Shown piece after piece: positions 23,625-34,442 of a DNA stretch of 64,000 nucleotides (positions are counted from its first letter, which is position 1; every line of letters starts with the position of its first letter). Source of the stretch: Mustelus asterias (lineage: Eukaryota); contig NW_027590144.1 of the NCBI RefSeq assembly GCF_964213995.1, positions 310,001 through 374,000 of the forward strand. Direction: 5' to 3'. Position numbers and translations under genes: made by a program. A model generated the notes under the pieces. The model searched no databases. It worked only from the letters and a program-made list of their open reading frames with translations, and was not told the DNA's origin.

Positions 23625-24107
23625 ATGTTTACCAGGCTGATTCAGGGAATGGCGGGACTGATGTATGAGGAGAGACTGACTCGGTTAGGATTGTTTTCGC
23701 TGGAGTTCAGATGAATGAGGGGGGATCTCATAGAGACTTATAAAATTCTAACAGGTCGAGACAGGATAGATGCAGGGAGGATGTTTCTGATGGTGGGGGA
23801 GTCCAGAACCAAGGGTCACAGTCTGAGGATTCAGGGTAGACCATTTAGGACAGAGGTGAGGAGACATTTCTTCACCCAAAGAGTGGTGAGTCTCTGAAAT
23901 TCATGACCACAGGAAGTAATTGATGCCAAAACATTGAATGTATTCAAAAGCAGCTAGATATAGCACTTGGGGTGAATGGGATCAAAGGTTATGGGGAGAA
24001 AGCAGGATTAGACTATTGAGTTGCTTGATCATCCATGATCTTAATGAATGGCAGAGCAGGCTCGAAGGGCCAAATGGCTTCCTCCTGCTCCGATCTTCTA
24101 TGTTTCT
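23625..24107 (+). mobile_element. CR1 3' fragment
   Basis: RMRGDLIETYKIL..GHSLRI..FFTQRVV plus 3' UTR. Confidence 0.88.
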
Positions 24108-24304
24108 CTTAAATTTCTTTAAGAGAGAGACCTGGGCCAACCTTTCCTGAGTCTGCACTCTCCCTGGATTCACTTCCTTTTCCTTCAGTTGTTGCAATTC
24201 TCCAATTACCCCCAGAATGAGAAAAGAAAGTGTTTTACTCACAGATGTTGGCCTCTTTTAGGTTGAGACTGAAGGAAGTTTGAGTCTGTCTGAAGCTCAA
24301 TCTT

Positions 24305-24750
24305 CACGCACACAAAGCCCGCGCTCTGATTGGCTGGAGGACCACGGTCTTTCCGGTCCTCCAAGTCTTCCCATTGGCCAGAGCTGGTGAGCGGAAGTGA
24401 ATCAGAAGTGCGCATGTGCGGGTTTGGGGGGAATGCGCATGTGCGGGTGTGGGGCGGGGCCCGGGACAAAGCCGGCGCACTGACCATTGTCTGTCCGGGT
24501 CTTCCAGCCTTTCCAATTGGACAACAGCTCAGCGCGGCTGGAGGGCACAGGCCCGCCCATCCCCACGTGGGGCTCCGCCCCTCATTGTCTGTCTGCGGGG
24601 GATTGACCAATGGGAACTCTGGAGGACCGGAAGGCCTCTGATCCTCCAGCCAATCAGAGCTCCCACATTGTCTGAATGCGGAAGTTGCACAATGAGCTTG
24701 TTCAACTGCTCATTCCTGCCCAGCGAAGCTGCTGCTGCTCTTTCTCTGAA
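24305..24750. promoter_or_regulatory. Putative bidirectional promoter between Z3 (-) and Z4 (+)
   Basis: Multiple CCAAT boxes, a GC box, ETS-like cggaagtg and NRF1-like tgcgcatgtgc. Flanked by inverted first exons, each ending caacatct|gtgagt. Confidence 0.7.
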
Positions 24751-25546
24751 TGAAGATTGAGCTTCAGACAGGCTCAAACTTCCTTCTGTCTTCAACATCT
24801 GTGAGTAAAACACTTTCTTTTCTCACCCTTTCCATTTTGTTTCTCATTCTGGGGGAAATTGTTGACTTGCAGCAACTGATCACGAGAAATAGAAACAGGA
24901 GCGGCCACCAGGCCCTTGAAGCCTGTCCCGCCATTCAATCCGATCATAGCTGACTGATGCCGGTTTCAACTCCTTTACTGTGCCATTTCCCCATAGCCCT
25001 GTATTCCCCGATCTATCAAATATGTATCCCCCTCCACTTTAAATACTTCTAACGATCCAGCCTCCACCACCCTTTGGGGCGGGGAATTCCAGAGCTTCAT
25101 CATCCTCTATGAGAAGAAATTCCTGCACACCTCAGTTTTAAATGACTGACCCTTTATTTTGTTTGAGACTCTCCCACTCGTGACAATATCTCACCATCTA
25201 CCCTGTCAAGCCCCCTCAGGATCTGAAATGTTTCAATAACTCCCTTGTCTTCAAAACGTCAAGGAACACAGACCTTGACAATTTACTCCCTCTTGATAGG
25301 ACAACCCTCCTATCCCAGGAATTAGCCTGGTGAATTTCCTTTGGACTATGTCCAATATTACTATATCCTTACTTAGGTAAGGGGATCAAAACTGTATGCA
25401 TTATCCCAGGTGAGGCATCACCAACACACTGTACAGTTGCAACAAAACCTCCCTGTTTTTAAACTCCAACCCCTTTGCAATAAAAGCCAAAATGCCATTT
25501 TCCTCCTTAACTCGTGTGGGACCTGCCTGCTAGCTTTTTGTGATTC

Positions 25547-26233
25547 TCTAAAGGTAAACTTGCAGGTTGAGTCCGTAATTAAGAAAGCAAATGTAATGTT
25601 GTCATTTATCTCAAGAGGCTTGGAATACAAAAGCAGGGATGTACTTCTGAGGCTTTATAAAGCACTGGTTAGGCCCCATTTGGAGTACTGTGAGCAATTT
25701 TGGGCCCCACACCTCAGGAAGGACATACTGGCACTGGAGCGGGTCCAGCGGAGATTCACACGGATGATCCCAGGAATGGTAGGCCTGACATACGATGAAC
25801 GTCTGAGGATCGTGGGATTATATTCATTGGAGTTTAGGAGGTTGAGGGGAGATCTGATAGAAACTTACAAGATAATGAACGGCTTAGATAGGATGGACGT
25901 AGGGAAGTTGTTTCCATTAACAGGGGAGACTAGGACGCGGGGGCACAGCCTTAGAATAAAAGGGAGTCACTTTAGAACAGAGATGAGGAGAAATTTCTTC
26001 AGCCAGAGAGTGGTGGGTCTGTGGAATTCATTGCCACAGAGGGCTGTGGAGGCCGAGACGTTGAGCGTCTTCAAGACAGAAATTGATAAATTCTTGATTT
26101 CTCGAGGAATTAAGGGCTATGGGGAGAGAGCGGGTAAATGGAGTTGAAATCAACCATGATTGAATGGTGGAGTGGACTCGATGGGCCGAATGGCCTTACT
26201 TCCGCTCCTATGTCTTATGGTCTTATGGTCTTA
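25547..26233 (+). mobile_element. Young CR1 3' fragment
   Basis: Open C-terminal ORF2 (LVRPHLEYC..GIKGYG), (tcttatgg)n tail and TSD tgattc at 25541-25546/26234-26239. Confidence 0.92.
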
Positions 26234-26429
26234 TGATTCATGCACAAGAACACCAAGATCCCTCTGTACTTCACTCACCGGCAGCCTCTCTCCATTTAGA
26301 TAATCTCCCTGTTGATTCCTCCTACTGAAATACATGACCTCACACTTCCCCACTTTAAACTCCATTTGCCAGGTTTAGAAGACAGAGGGGTGACTTTATT
26401 GCATCTTCCCCAACTCTCGACTTATCTTT

Positions 26430-26693
26430 CCCGGCCCTATCCCTGTAGCCCTACATTTTTACCCCACTAATCCACCTAATCTACATCTATTGGGACACAA
26501 AGGGGCAATTTAGCATGGCCAATCAATCTAACCCGCACATCTTTGGACTGTGGGAAGAACCTGGAGAACTCAGAAATCCACACAGACATGGAGAGAATGT
26601 GCATACTCCACACAGACTGTCACCCAAGGCTGGGATTGAACGCAGGTCCCTGGCACTGAGGCAGCAGTGCTAACCACTGTGCTGCCATGGCGC
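26430..26693 (-). mobile_element. HE1-like SINE
   Basis: V-domain and tRNA-like head. Confidence 0.8.
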
Positions 26694-27644
26694 CATATCT
26701 AAATAAACTACAGATTTCTCGCGATCTACCCTCCTTCTTATATCCTCAAACAATTCAAGCAAATTTGTCAAACATAATTTATCTTTCTGAGAACCATGTT
26801 GACGAGGTTTGATTATATTCAGCTTTCCTAAATGATTAGCTATTTGCTCTTTGATTATTGACTCCAGCGTCTTGCCAATAATAGATGTTAAATTAACTGG
26901 CCTCTAGTTCCCTGCCTTCTGCCTTTCTCCCTTTTTGACCAAGGGAGTCACATTGGCTGACTGCCAATCTTCTGATACTCTCCCGGAATCTAGCAAGTTA
27001 CAAAAAATTTCAACAAAATTCTCCACTATCTCTTCAGCAACCTCCATTAAAAAGCTGGCACGCAGTTCATTGGGTCCTGGTGATTTGTCCGCCCTTAGTC
27101 ACTGAAGGGAAAGGAAGTGAGTCCAGTCTATATAATCCATACATTTTTGGTCCAGTCATATAGACATACATCTGTCTGGCAGCCTGCATGGAGATTTCCA
27201 GCTCTCTGTGTCCAGGACAGGAAGCAGTGAGCATGGATCTGTCAATCAGCACCTTCAGGAGAATATGGAGGGTGAATATTAGATACAGCAGAGTGAGAAT
27301 GGAGGGAGAGTGTGTGGGATGGAGATTCACAGCTTTTGGGGAATGAGAGAGAAAAGAATGTTCCTTAGAAACTTGATTTGTCTGTTCGGAATTTCTATCC
27401 TGTGCTGACACTGATGACTTTTGTAAATTCCTTTTACAGCATATCAGAAGGTGAGAATTTACAGACAGAAATCTCAAACCAAACGTCACATCAACATCTG
27501 ACAGAATCACCCAATTCATCGGGACCTCAATATCACTGACCTTTGAATCTAGAAGGGGAAATGTTTCTCTGTTCTGTCAGCTTCTGAAGATTTTAAGTAA
27601 CTGTGTGACTGGAAAAGCACCAAGACACACACACACACACCTGA

Positions 27645-27752
<108 letters not shown>

Positions 27753-27800
27753 TGAGATTTAACTGATTGTTTAAACTACAGAGTCACAAGGACCCGAACC

Positions 27801-28643
27801 ATGGGGAAACTGTGGAAATGTGGGGACTGTGGGAAGGGATACATGTGCCCATCTCGGCTGGAAATTCATCGACGCAGTCACACTGGGGAGAGGCCCTTCA
27901 GCTGCTGTGTGTGTGGAAAGGGATTCACTCAGTCATCCGAACTGCGGACACACCAACTAGTTCACACTGGGGAGAGGCCATTCACCTGCTCTGTGTGTAG
28001 GAAGGGATTCACTCAGTCATCCAGCCTGCAGAAACACCAGCGAGTTCACACTGGGAAGAAGCCATTCACCTGCTGCGTGTGTGGGAAGAGATTCAGTCAG
28101 TTATCCAACCAGCAGAGACACCAGCGAGTTCACACTGGGGAGAGACCATTCACCTGCCCTGTGTGTGGGAAGGGATTCCGTCAGTTATCCACCCTGCGGA
28201 CACACCAGCGAGTTCACACTGGGGAGAGACCATTCACCTGCACTGTGTGTGGGAAGGGATTCACTCAATTATCCACCCTGCAGAAACATCAGCGAGTTCA
28301 TACCGGAGAGAGGCCGTTCACCTGCTCTCAGCGTGAGAAAGGATTCACCAAGTCTTCCAGCCTGCAGACACACCAGCGAGTTCACACTGGGGAGAGACCA
28401 TTCACCTGCTCTCAGTGTGGGAAGGGATTTATTGCCTCATCCAGTCTGCAGACACACCAGCGAGTTCACACCGGACAGAGGCCATTCACCTGCCCGAAGT
28501 GTGAGAAGGGATTCACTAACTCATCCAGCCTGCGGACACACCAGCGAGTTCACACTGGGGAGAGGCCGTTCACCTGCTCTCAGTGTGGGAAGGGATTCAG
28601 AGTTTCATCCCAGCTGCTGAGACACCAGCAAATTCACGAGTGA
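27801..28643 (+). CDS. C2H2 poly-zinc-finger protein Z4 (10 fingers, finger 7 with C>R; 280 aa)
   Basis: Intact [29 protein letters not shown]. Confidence 0.9.
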   Translation: MGKLWKCGDCGKGYMCPSRLEIHRRSHTGERPFSCCVCGKGFTQSSELRTHQLVHTGERPFTCSVCRKGFTQSSSLQKHQRVHTGKKPFTCCVCGKRFSQLSNQQRHQRVHTGERPFTCPVCGKGFRQLSTLRTHQRVHTGERPFTCTVCGKGFTQLSTLQKHQRVHTGERPFTCSQREKGFTKSSSLQTHQRVHTGERPFTCSQCGKGFIASSSLQTHQRVHTGQRPFTCPKCEKGFTNSSSLRTHQRVHTGERPFTCSQCGKGFRVSSQLLRHQQIHE

Positions 28644-30501
28644 TTCCAGGGGTTGGATTCTGCTGTTGTTGTTTCTGCTCTCAGTTACATCCAGGACTGC
28701 ATTTTGTTCATTCTCACAGTTGGTCAATGGGGAGGGTCAGAGGGTTTCTTTCTGCTGGACTGGCCGGTCTCACGATTTTGCCTCCAGTGGCTGGTGCTCG
28801 GTAGTTAAGAGATATTTAGTTAGTATTTCTGTTTGAAAGCCCCCAAATGCTCATCCAATTTCCTTTGTAATTGTTTATTGTCTCCACTTCCTCCACCCTC
28901 GTAGGCAGCAAGTTCCAGGTCATTACCATTCGCTGCATCAAAATATTCTTCCTCACATCGCCCCCCTCCCCGCCCCTCCACCCCCCATCCCACATATCTG
29001 AACCAAAATCTGCACCCCCTTCGTCCTTGTCCCATCAGCTAATGGGAACAGCTTTTCTTTGTCCACCTTATCTAAACCTGTCCGAATCTTGTCCACCTCT
29101 ATCAAATCTCCCCTCAACCTCCTTTGCTCCAAGGGGAACAACCCCAGCCTGACCTTGACAATAAAGAACAAACTAACAGAATGTGTTAATACCTGAAATT
29201 AAATAGGAATGTTTAATTTCTGTTTTAAAGATATTGTGATTATACTTTCCTGGACAATAAAGGAATTGGAATAACTCACCTTGGGTGTGGTTGAATGGAA
29301 TATATCAATCTGGTATCCACCTACAGTCCAGTGAAAGTCTGGAATGTGTAGCTGGAAATCCCTCCCTAACAGCACTGTGGGTGTACTTACACCTCAGGCA
29401 TTGTAGCAGTTCAGGAAGGCAGTGTTGGGATTGACCACGGCCGAGGCAGCTACATACAGCCACATATTCTGTTATAATTGAAGGACTGCAGATTGAATGT
29501 GAGGCATTATGGGACTGGACTACCTTGACCACATTCCTGTGACTGCTCAGTTTCTGCAATCACGGACCATGAAAGCTGCTTAGCAGGGCCCTGACACAGG
29601 ACCTGGTAAGAATATTTACTCAGAATGAGTGAGAATTAAACTTATTCCAGGACTGGCTGGTGTTCAGCGGCTGAGATACTTGAATCTGTAAAAAGGGGGT
29701 CTGACCAATCAACAAACGATGATAGGTAGTTGGTTCAAAGCGTTTTCAGGCATTATTTAAATTATTTTATCATATATTTGTGACCTGATAGTCGGTGAAG
29801 TGACGGCATACTCCAAGTAGCAATGGACTGAAAAGCGGACCTCTGAGAGTAGATTCTAATAGTTATAATCTTACCCAAGCATGGCCAGTGAAAAATCAGA
29901 GCTCAAGTGGGGACTGGACAGGTCTCTTACCTGCCATTTGGAAACTAAGAACAAGAAACATATTGATTAAAATGATAAGAGAATAGAGCCAATCTTTCGA
30001 GTCTGGATTACATTTCAGAAGAGCTCTTATGAAGGGTCATCCAGACTCGAAACATTGGCTCTATTCTCTCTCCACAGATGCTGTCAGACCTGCTGAGATT
30101 TTCCAGCATTTTCTGTTTTTGTTTCAGATTCCAGAATCTGCAGTATTTTACTTTTATGATAAAATGATTAGTTCTGATTGGAATCCCCACGACCCTCCCG
30201 CAAAACAGAGGGAGTGGTGGCAAAAGGAGATAAAGGATAAAAAGGAGATAAAGGGTTTAAAATCGGAGGTTTTTTTCATAACCGGAAGTAGGGCCAGGAG
30301 AGGCCAGGGGAAGTTTTTGGAGGGTTTAAAAGTGCACCAAAGTATACAGCGGGCAGCATCGTAGCGGGCAGCAGAGTGAGTGGGAAGTTGAGTGAGCTGT
30401 CAGGGCTTTGGCTCACAGGGCTTGGACGAGCAGGGGTGAGTTTTTGTTTCCTTACACTCTTATTAACTTTTCACGGTCTTACTTGACATAAAGTGTCCAG
30501 T

Positions 30502-31431
30502 ATGAGTGTGAAACCAGTGTGCTGTTCCCAGTGTAGGATGTGGGAGGTCCTGGAGGCATCTGGCCTCCCGGACATCCACATCTGTGAGGGGTGTGTCGAG
30601 CTGCGGTTCCTGAGGGACCATGTTAGGGAGCTGGAACTGCAGCTCGAGGATCTTAGGCTGATGAGGGAGAATGAGGAGGTGATAGACAAGAGCTATCATC
30701 AGGTGGTCACACCAGGGCCACGGGAGGAGGCCAAGTGGGTGACGGCCAGGAAGGGTAAGGCTAGGGTGGTTGAGAGCACCCCGGTGGATTTGCCCCTGCA
30801 CAACAAGTACTCCTGCTTGAGTACTGCTGGGGGGGACAGCCCGCCTGGGGGAAGCAGCAGTGGCCGTGTCTCCGCAGTGGAGTCCAGCCCTGTAACTCAG
30901 AGGGCTAAGGAAAAGAGGAGGAAGGCGGTATTAATCGGGGACTCGATGGTGAAGGGGACAGACAGGCGTTTCTGCGGAGGTAGGCGGGATTCTCGCATGG
31001 TGGTCTGCCTCCCTGGGGCCGGGATCCAGGATGTCGCTCGTCGCGTCCCGGAAATCCTGAGGTGGGAGGGAGAGGAGCCTGAGGTAGCGGTACATATTGG
31101 TACCGCTGATGTGGGTAGGAAGGGAGAAGGGGTCATGAAAAAGGAGTACAGGGAATTAGGGAGACAGCTGAGAAAGAGGAAAGCAAAGGTAGTAATCTCA
31201 GGATTACTGCCTGTGCCACGGGAAGGTGAGGGCAGGAATGGAGTGAGGTGGAGGATGAATGTGTGGCTGAGGGACTGGTGCAGGGGGCAGGGATTCAGGT
31301 TCCTGGACCATTGGGACCTCTTTAGGGGCAGGGGTGATCTGTATACAAAAAACGGGTGGAACTTGAATCACACGGGGACCAATATCCTGTCCGGTAGGTT
31401 GGCTAAGGCTACTGGGGAGAATTTAAACTAG
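30502..31431 (+). CDS. CR1 ORF1p: Cys-rich zinc finger, coiled coil and SGNH/GDSL esterase-like domain
   Basis: CSQC..CEGC, heptads LRDHVRELELQLEDL, VLIGDSMVK, CLPGA, HIGT, ISGLLP. First ATG at 30502. Confidence 0.92.
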   Translation: MSVKPVCCSQCRMWEVLEASGLPDIHICEGCVELRFLRDHVRELELQLEDLRLMRENEEVIDKSYHQVVTPGPREEAKWVTARKGKARVVESTPVDLPLHNKYSCLSTAGGDSPPGGSSSGRVSAVESSPVTQRAKEKRRKAVLIGDSMVKGTDRRFCGGRRDSRMVVCLPGAGIQDVARRVPEILRWEGEEPEVAVHIGTADVGRKGEGVMKKEYRELGRQLRKRKAKVVISGLLPVPREGEGRNGVRWRMNVWLRDWCRGQGFRFLDHWDLFRGRGDLYTKNGWNLNHTGTNILSGRLAKATGENLN

Positions 31432-31436
31432 ATAGG

Positions 31437-34400
31437 TTGGGGGGAGGGGAGCTAGAAGAGTTGACCAGGATCAAGGAACTAATTGATGGGGGGGAGGATG
31501 CAGGGGTAAGGGGAATTACAAAATTAATGGTAGAGGAGAGGGTGCAAGTGAATGAAGGCGGTAATTTAGAAAAGGGAGTAGAGGGAGAGGGTGTTCGCGA
31601 CTCATCAAAGCGGGTCCAGATAAAAGCTGGAATAAGGACACTTTGCCTGAATGCACGAAGCATTCGGAACAAGGTAAATGAGTTGATGGTGCAAATCAGC
31701 ACAAGTGGGTACGATCTAGTGGCCATTACAGAAACGTGGCTGAAAGGTGACCAGGACTGGGAGATGAATATCCAGGGGTATCAGGCGTTTAGGAAGAATA
31801 GACAGGAAGGAAAAGGTGGTGGGGTCGCGCTATTAATAAGAGATAATATCAGGGTAGTACTGAGGGATGACATAGGCTCTGAGGAACAAAACGTGGAATC
31901 ATTATGGGTAGAGATGAGGAATAGTAGAGGGAGAAAGACACTAGTAGGTGTGGTATATAGGCCCCCAAATAATAATGTTGAGGTAGGGAGGGCTATAAAC
32001 AAGCAGATAAGGGATGCGTGTAAAAACGGAACGGCAATAATCATGGGGGACTTCAACATGCACATTGACTGGCAGACTCAAGTCAGTAAGGGTGGAATGG
32101 AGGAAGAGTTCTTAGAATGCTGTCGGGATAGTTTCCTTGAACAGCATGTTACGGAACCGACGAGGGAACGAGCTATTTTGGATCTGGTATTGTGTAACGA
32201 GGTAGGTAGAATTAAGGATCTTATTGTGAAGGACCCTCTTGGGTCTAGTGACCACAATATGGTCGAATTTCTGATTCAGATGGAAGAGGAGAAAGTTTGG
32301 TCCCAAACCAGTGTCCTCTGTTTGAACAGAGGGAAATATGATAGGATGAGGGATGAATTGGCTAAGGTAGACTGGGAGAGCAGGCTGGCAGGTAGGATAG
32401 CTGAGGAACAGTGGAGGATTTTTAAGGAGATCCTTTTCAGTTCTCAGCAAAAATATATTCCAGCAAAAAACAAGGATTGTAAGAAAAGGGAGAACCAGCC
32501 GTGGACAACGAAGGAAATAAAGGAGAGTATTAAAATAAAAACAGCTGCGTACAGAGTGGCCAAAAATAGTGGAGAAACAAGTGATTGGGAAAAATTTAAG
32601 AAACAACAAAGAGAGACTAAGAAAGCGATAAAGAAAGGAAGGATAGACTATGAAGCTAGGCTAGCAATTAATATAAAAAATGATAGTAAAAGTTTTTATA
32701 AAAATATAAAAAGGAATAGAGTGGCTAGAGTGAATGTTGGACCCTTGGAGGACGAGAGGGGGGAGTTAATAGTGGGAAATGAGGATATGGCTGAGTCTTT
32801 AAATAAGTTTTTTGTGTCGGTCTTCACGGTGGACGACACAAATAGTTTGCCAAATATTAACGATAGAGGGTTGGCAGCAGGAGAAATACTTAATACAATT
32901 AATGTTACCAGAGAGGCAGTGCTGGGTAGACTAATGGGACTGAAGGTGGACAAGTCCCCGGGTCCGGATGGAATGCATCCCAGGGTATTGAAAGAAATGT
33001 CAGAGGTAATAGAGGATGCGTTAGTGATTATTTATCAAAACTCGTTGCATTCTGGGGTAGTGCCGGTTGATTGGAAAACGGCTAATGTTACGCCGCTGTT
33101 TAAAAAAGGAAGGAGACAAAAGGCGGGTAACTATAGGCCGGTCAGCTTAACGTCTGTAGTAGGGAAAATGCTGGAATCCATTATTAAAGAGGAGATAGCA
33201 GGGCATCTGGATAGAAATGGTTCGATCAATCAGACGCAGCATGGATTCATGAGGGGAAAGTCGTGCTTGACGAACATGTTGGATTTTTATGAAGATGTGA
33301 CTAGGGCGGTTGATGGAGGAGAACCGGTGGATGCGGTGTTTTTGGATTTCCAAAAGACGTTTGATAAGGTGCCCCATAAAAGGCTGCTGAAGAAGATTAG
33401 GGCACACGGAGTTGGGGGTAGTGTGTTAAAGTGGATTGGGGACTGGCTATCCGACAGGAAGCAAAGAGTCGGAATAAATGGGTGTTTTTCCGGTTGGAGG
33501 AAGGTAACTAGTGGCGTGCCGCAGGGATCGGTACTCGGGCCGCAACTGTTTACCATTTATATAGATGATCTGGAGGAGGGGACGGAGTGTAGGGTAACGA
33601 AGTTTGCAGACGACACAAAGATAAGTGGAAAAGTGAATCGTGTGGAGGACGGAGAAGATCTGCAGAGAGATTTGGACAGGCTGAGTGAGTGGGCGAGGAT
33701 ATGGCAAATGGAGTATAACGTTGAGAAATGCGAGGTTATACACTTTGGAGGAAATAATAACAAATGGGATTACTATCTCAATGGAAACAAATTAAAACAT
33801 GCTACCGTGCAAAGGGACCTGGGGGTCCTTGTGCATGAGACGCAAAAGCCCAGTCTGCAGGTACAACAGGTGATCAAGAAGGCAAATGGGATGTTGGCCT
33901 ATATTGCGAGGGGGATAGAATATAAAAGCAGGGATGTCTTGATGCACCTGTACAGGGCATTGGTGAGGCCGCAGCTGGAATACTGTGTGCAGTATTGGTC
34001 CCCTTATATGAGGAAGGATATATTGGCATTGGAGGGAGTGCAGAGAAGGTTCACCAGGTTGATACCGGAGATGAGGGGTTTGGATTATGAGGAGAGGCTG
34101 AGGAGATTGGGTTTGTACTCGTTGGAGTTTAGAAGGATGAGGGGGGATCTTATGGAGACTTATAAGATAATGCAGGGGCTGGATAGGGTGGAGGCGGAGA
34201 GATTCTTTCCACTTAGTAAGGAAGTTAAAACTAGAGGACACAGCCTCAAAATAAAGGGGGGTCGGTTTAAGACAGAGTTGAGGAGGAACTTCTTCTCCCA
34301 GAGGGTGGTGAATCTCTGGAATTCTCTGCCCACTGAGGTGGTGGAGGCTACCTCGCTGAATATGTTTAAAGCGCGGATGGATGGATTCCTGATCGGTAAG

Positions 34401-34442
34401 GGAATTAAGGGTTATGGGGATCAGGCGGGTAAGTGGTACTGA
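31437..34442 (+). CDS. CR1 ORF2p: APE endonuclease plus reverse transcriptase
   Basis: LNARSI, ITETWL, YRPP, GDFN, SDH; NYRPVSLTS, QHGF, PQGSVLGP, FADD. Uninterrupted for ~1000 codons. The true start is uncertain (first ATG 31527; see the frameshift finding). Confidence 0.96.
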   Translation: MGGGELEELTRIKELIDGGEDAGVRGITKLMVEERVQVNEGGNLEKGVEGEGVRDSSKRVQIKAGIRTLCLNARSIRNKVNELMVQISTSGYDLVAITETWLKGDQDWEMNIQGYQAFRKNRQEGKGGGVALLIRDNIRVVLRDDIGSEEQNVESLWVEMRNSRGRKTLVGVVYRPPNNNVEVGRAINKQIRDACKNGTAIIMGDFNMHIDWQTQVSKGGMEEEFLECCRDSFLEQHVTEPTRERAILDLVLCNEVGRIKDLIVKDPLGSSDHNMVEFLIQMEEEKVWSQTSVLCLNRGKYDRMRDELAKVDWESRLAGRIAEEQWRIFKEILFSSQQKYIPAKNKDCKKRENQPWTTKEIKESIKIKTAAYRVAKNSGETSDWEKFKKQQRETKKAIKKGRIDYEARLAINIKNDSKSFYKNIKRNRVARVNVGPLEDERGELIVGNEDMAESLNKFFVSVFTVDDTNSLPNINDRGLAAGEILNTINVTREAVLGRLMGLKVDKSPGPDGMHPRVLKEMSEVIEDALVIIYQNSLHSGVVPVDWKTANVTPLFKKGRRQKAGNYRPVSLTSVVGKMLESIIKEEIAGHLDRNGSINQTQHGFMRGKSCLTNMLDFYEDVTRAVDGGEPVDAVFLDFQKTFDKVPHKRLLKKIRAHGVGGSVLKWIGDWLSDRKQRVGINGCFSGWRKVTSGVPQGSVLGPQLFTIYIDDLEEGTECRVTKFADDTKISGKVNRVEDGEDLQRDLDRLSEWARIWQMEYNVEKCEVIHFGGNNNKWDYYLNGNKLKHATVQRDLGVLVHETQKPSLQVQQVIKKANGMLAYIARGIEYKSRDVLMHLYRALVRPQLEYCVQYWSPYMRKDILALEGVQRRFTRLIPEMRGLDYEERLRRLGLYSLEFRRMRGDLMETYKIMQGLDRVEAERFFPLSKEVKTRGHSLKIKGGRFKTELRRNFFSQRVVNLWNSLPTEVVEATSLNMFKARMDGFLIGKGIKGYGDQAGKWY

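Larger units (their letters stand above)
24885..27080 (-). mobile_element. Old antisense CR1, interrupted by a younger CR1 and a SINE
   Basis: Antisense RT-like sequence at 24885-25546, 26240-26375 and 26700-27080. Confidence 0.7.

Noticed and set aside
30463-34241. Antisense ORFs within the full-length CR1
   Set aside because: Short, motif-less by-products of purine-biased sense coding.
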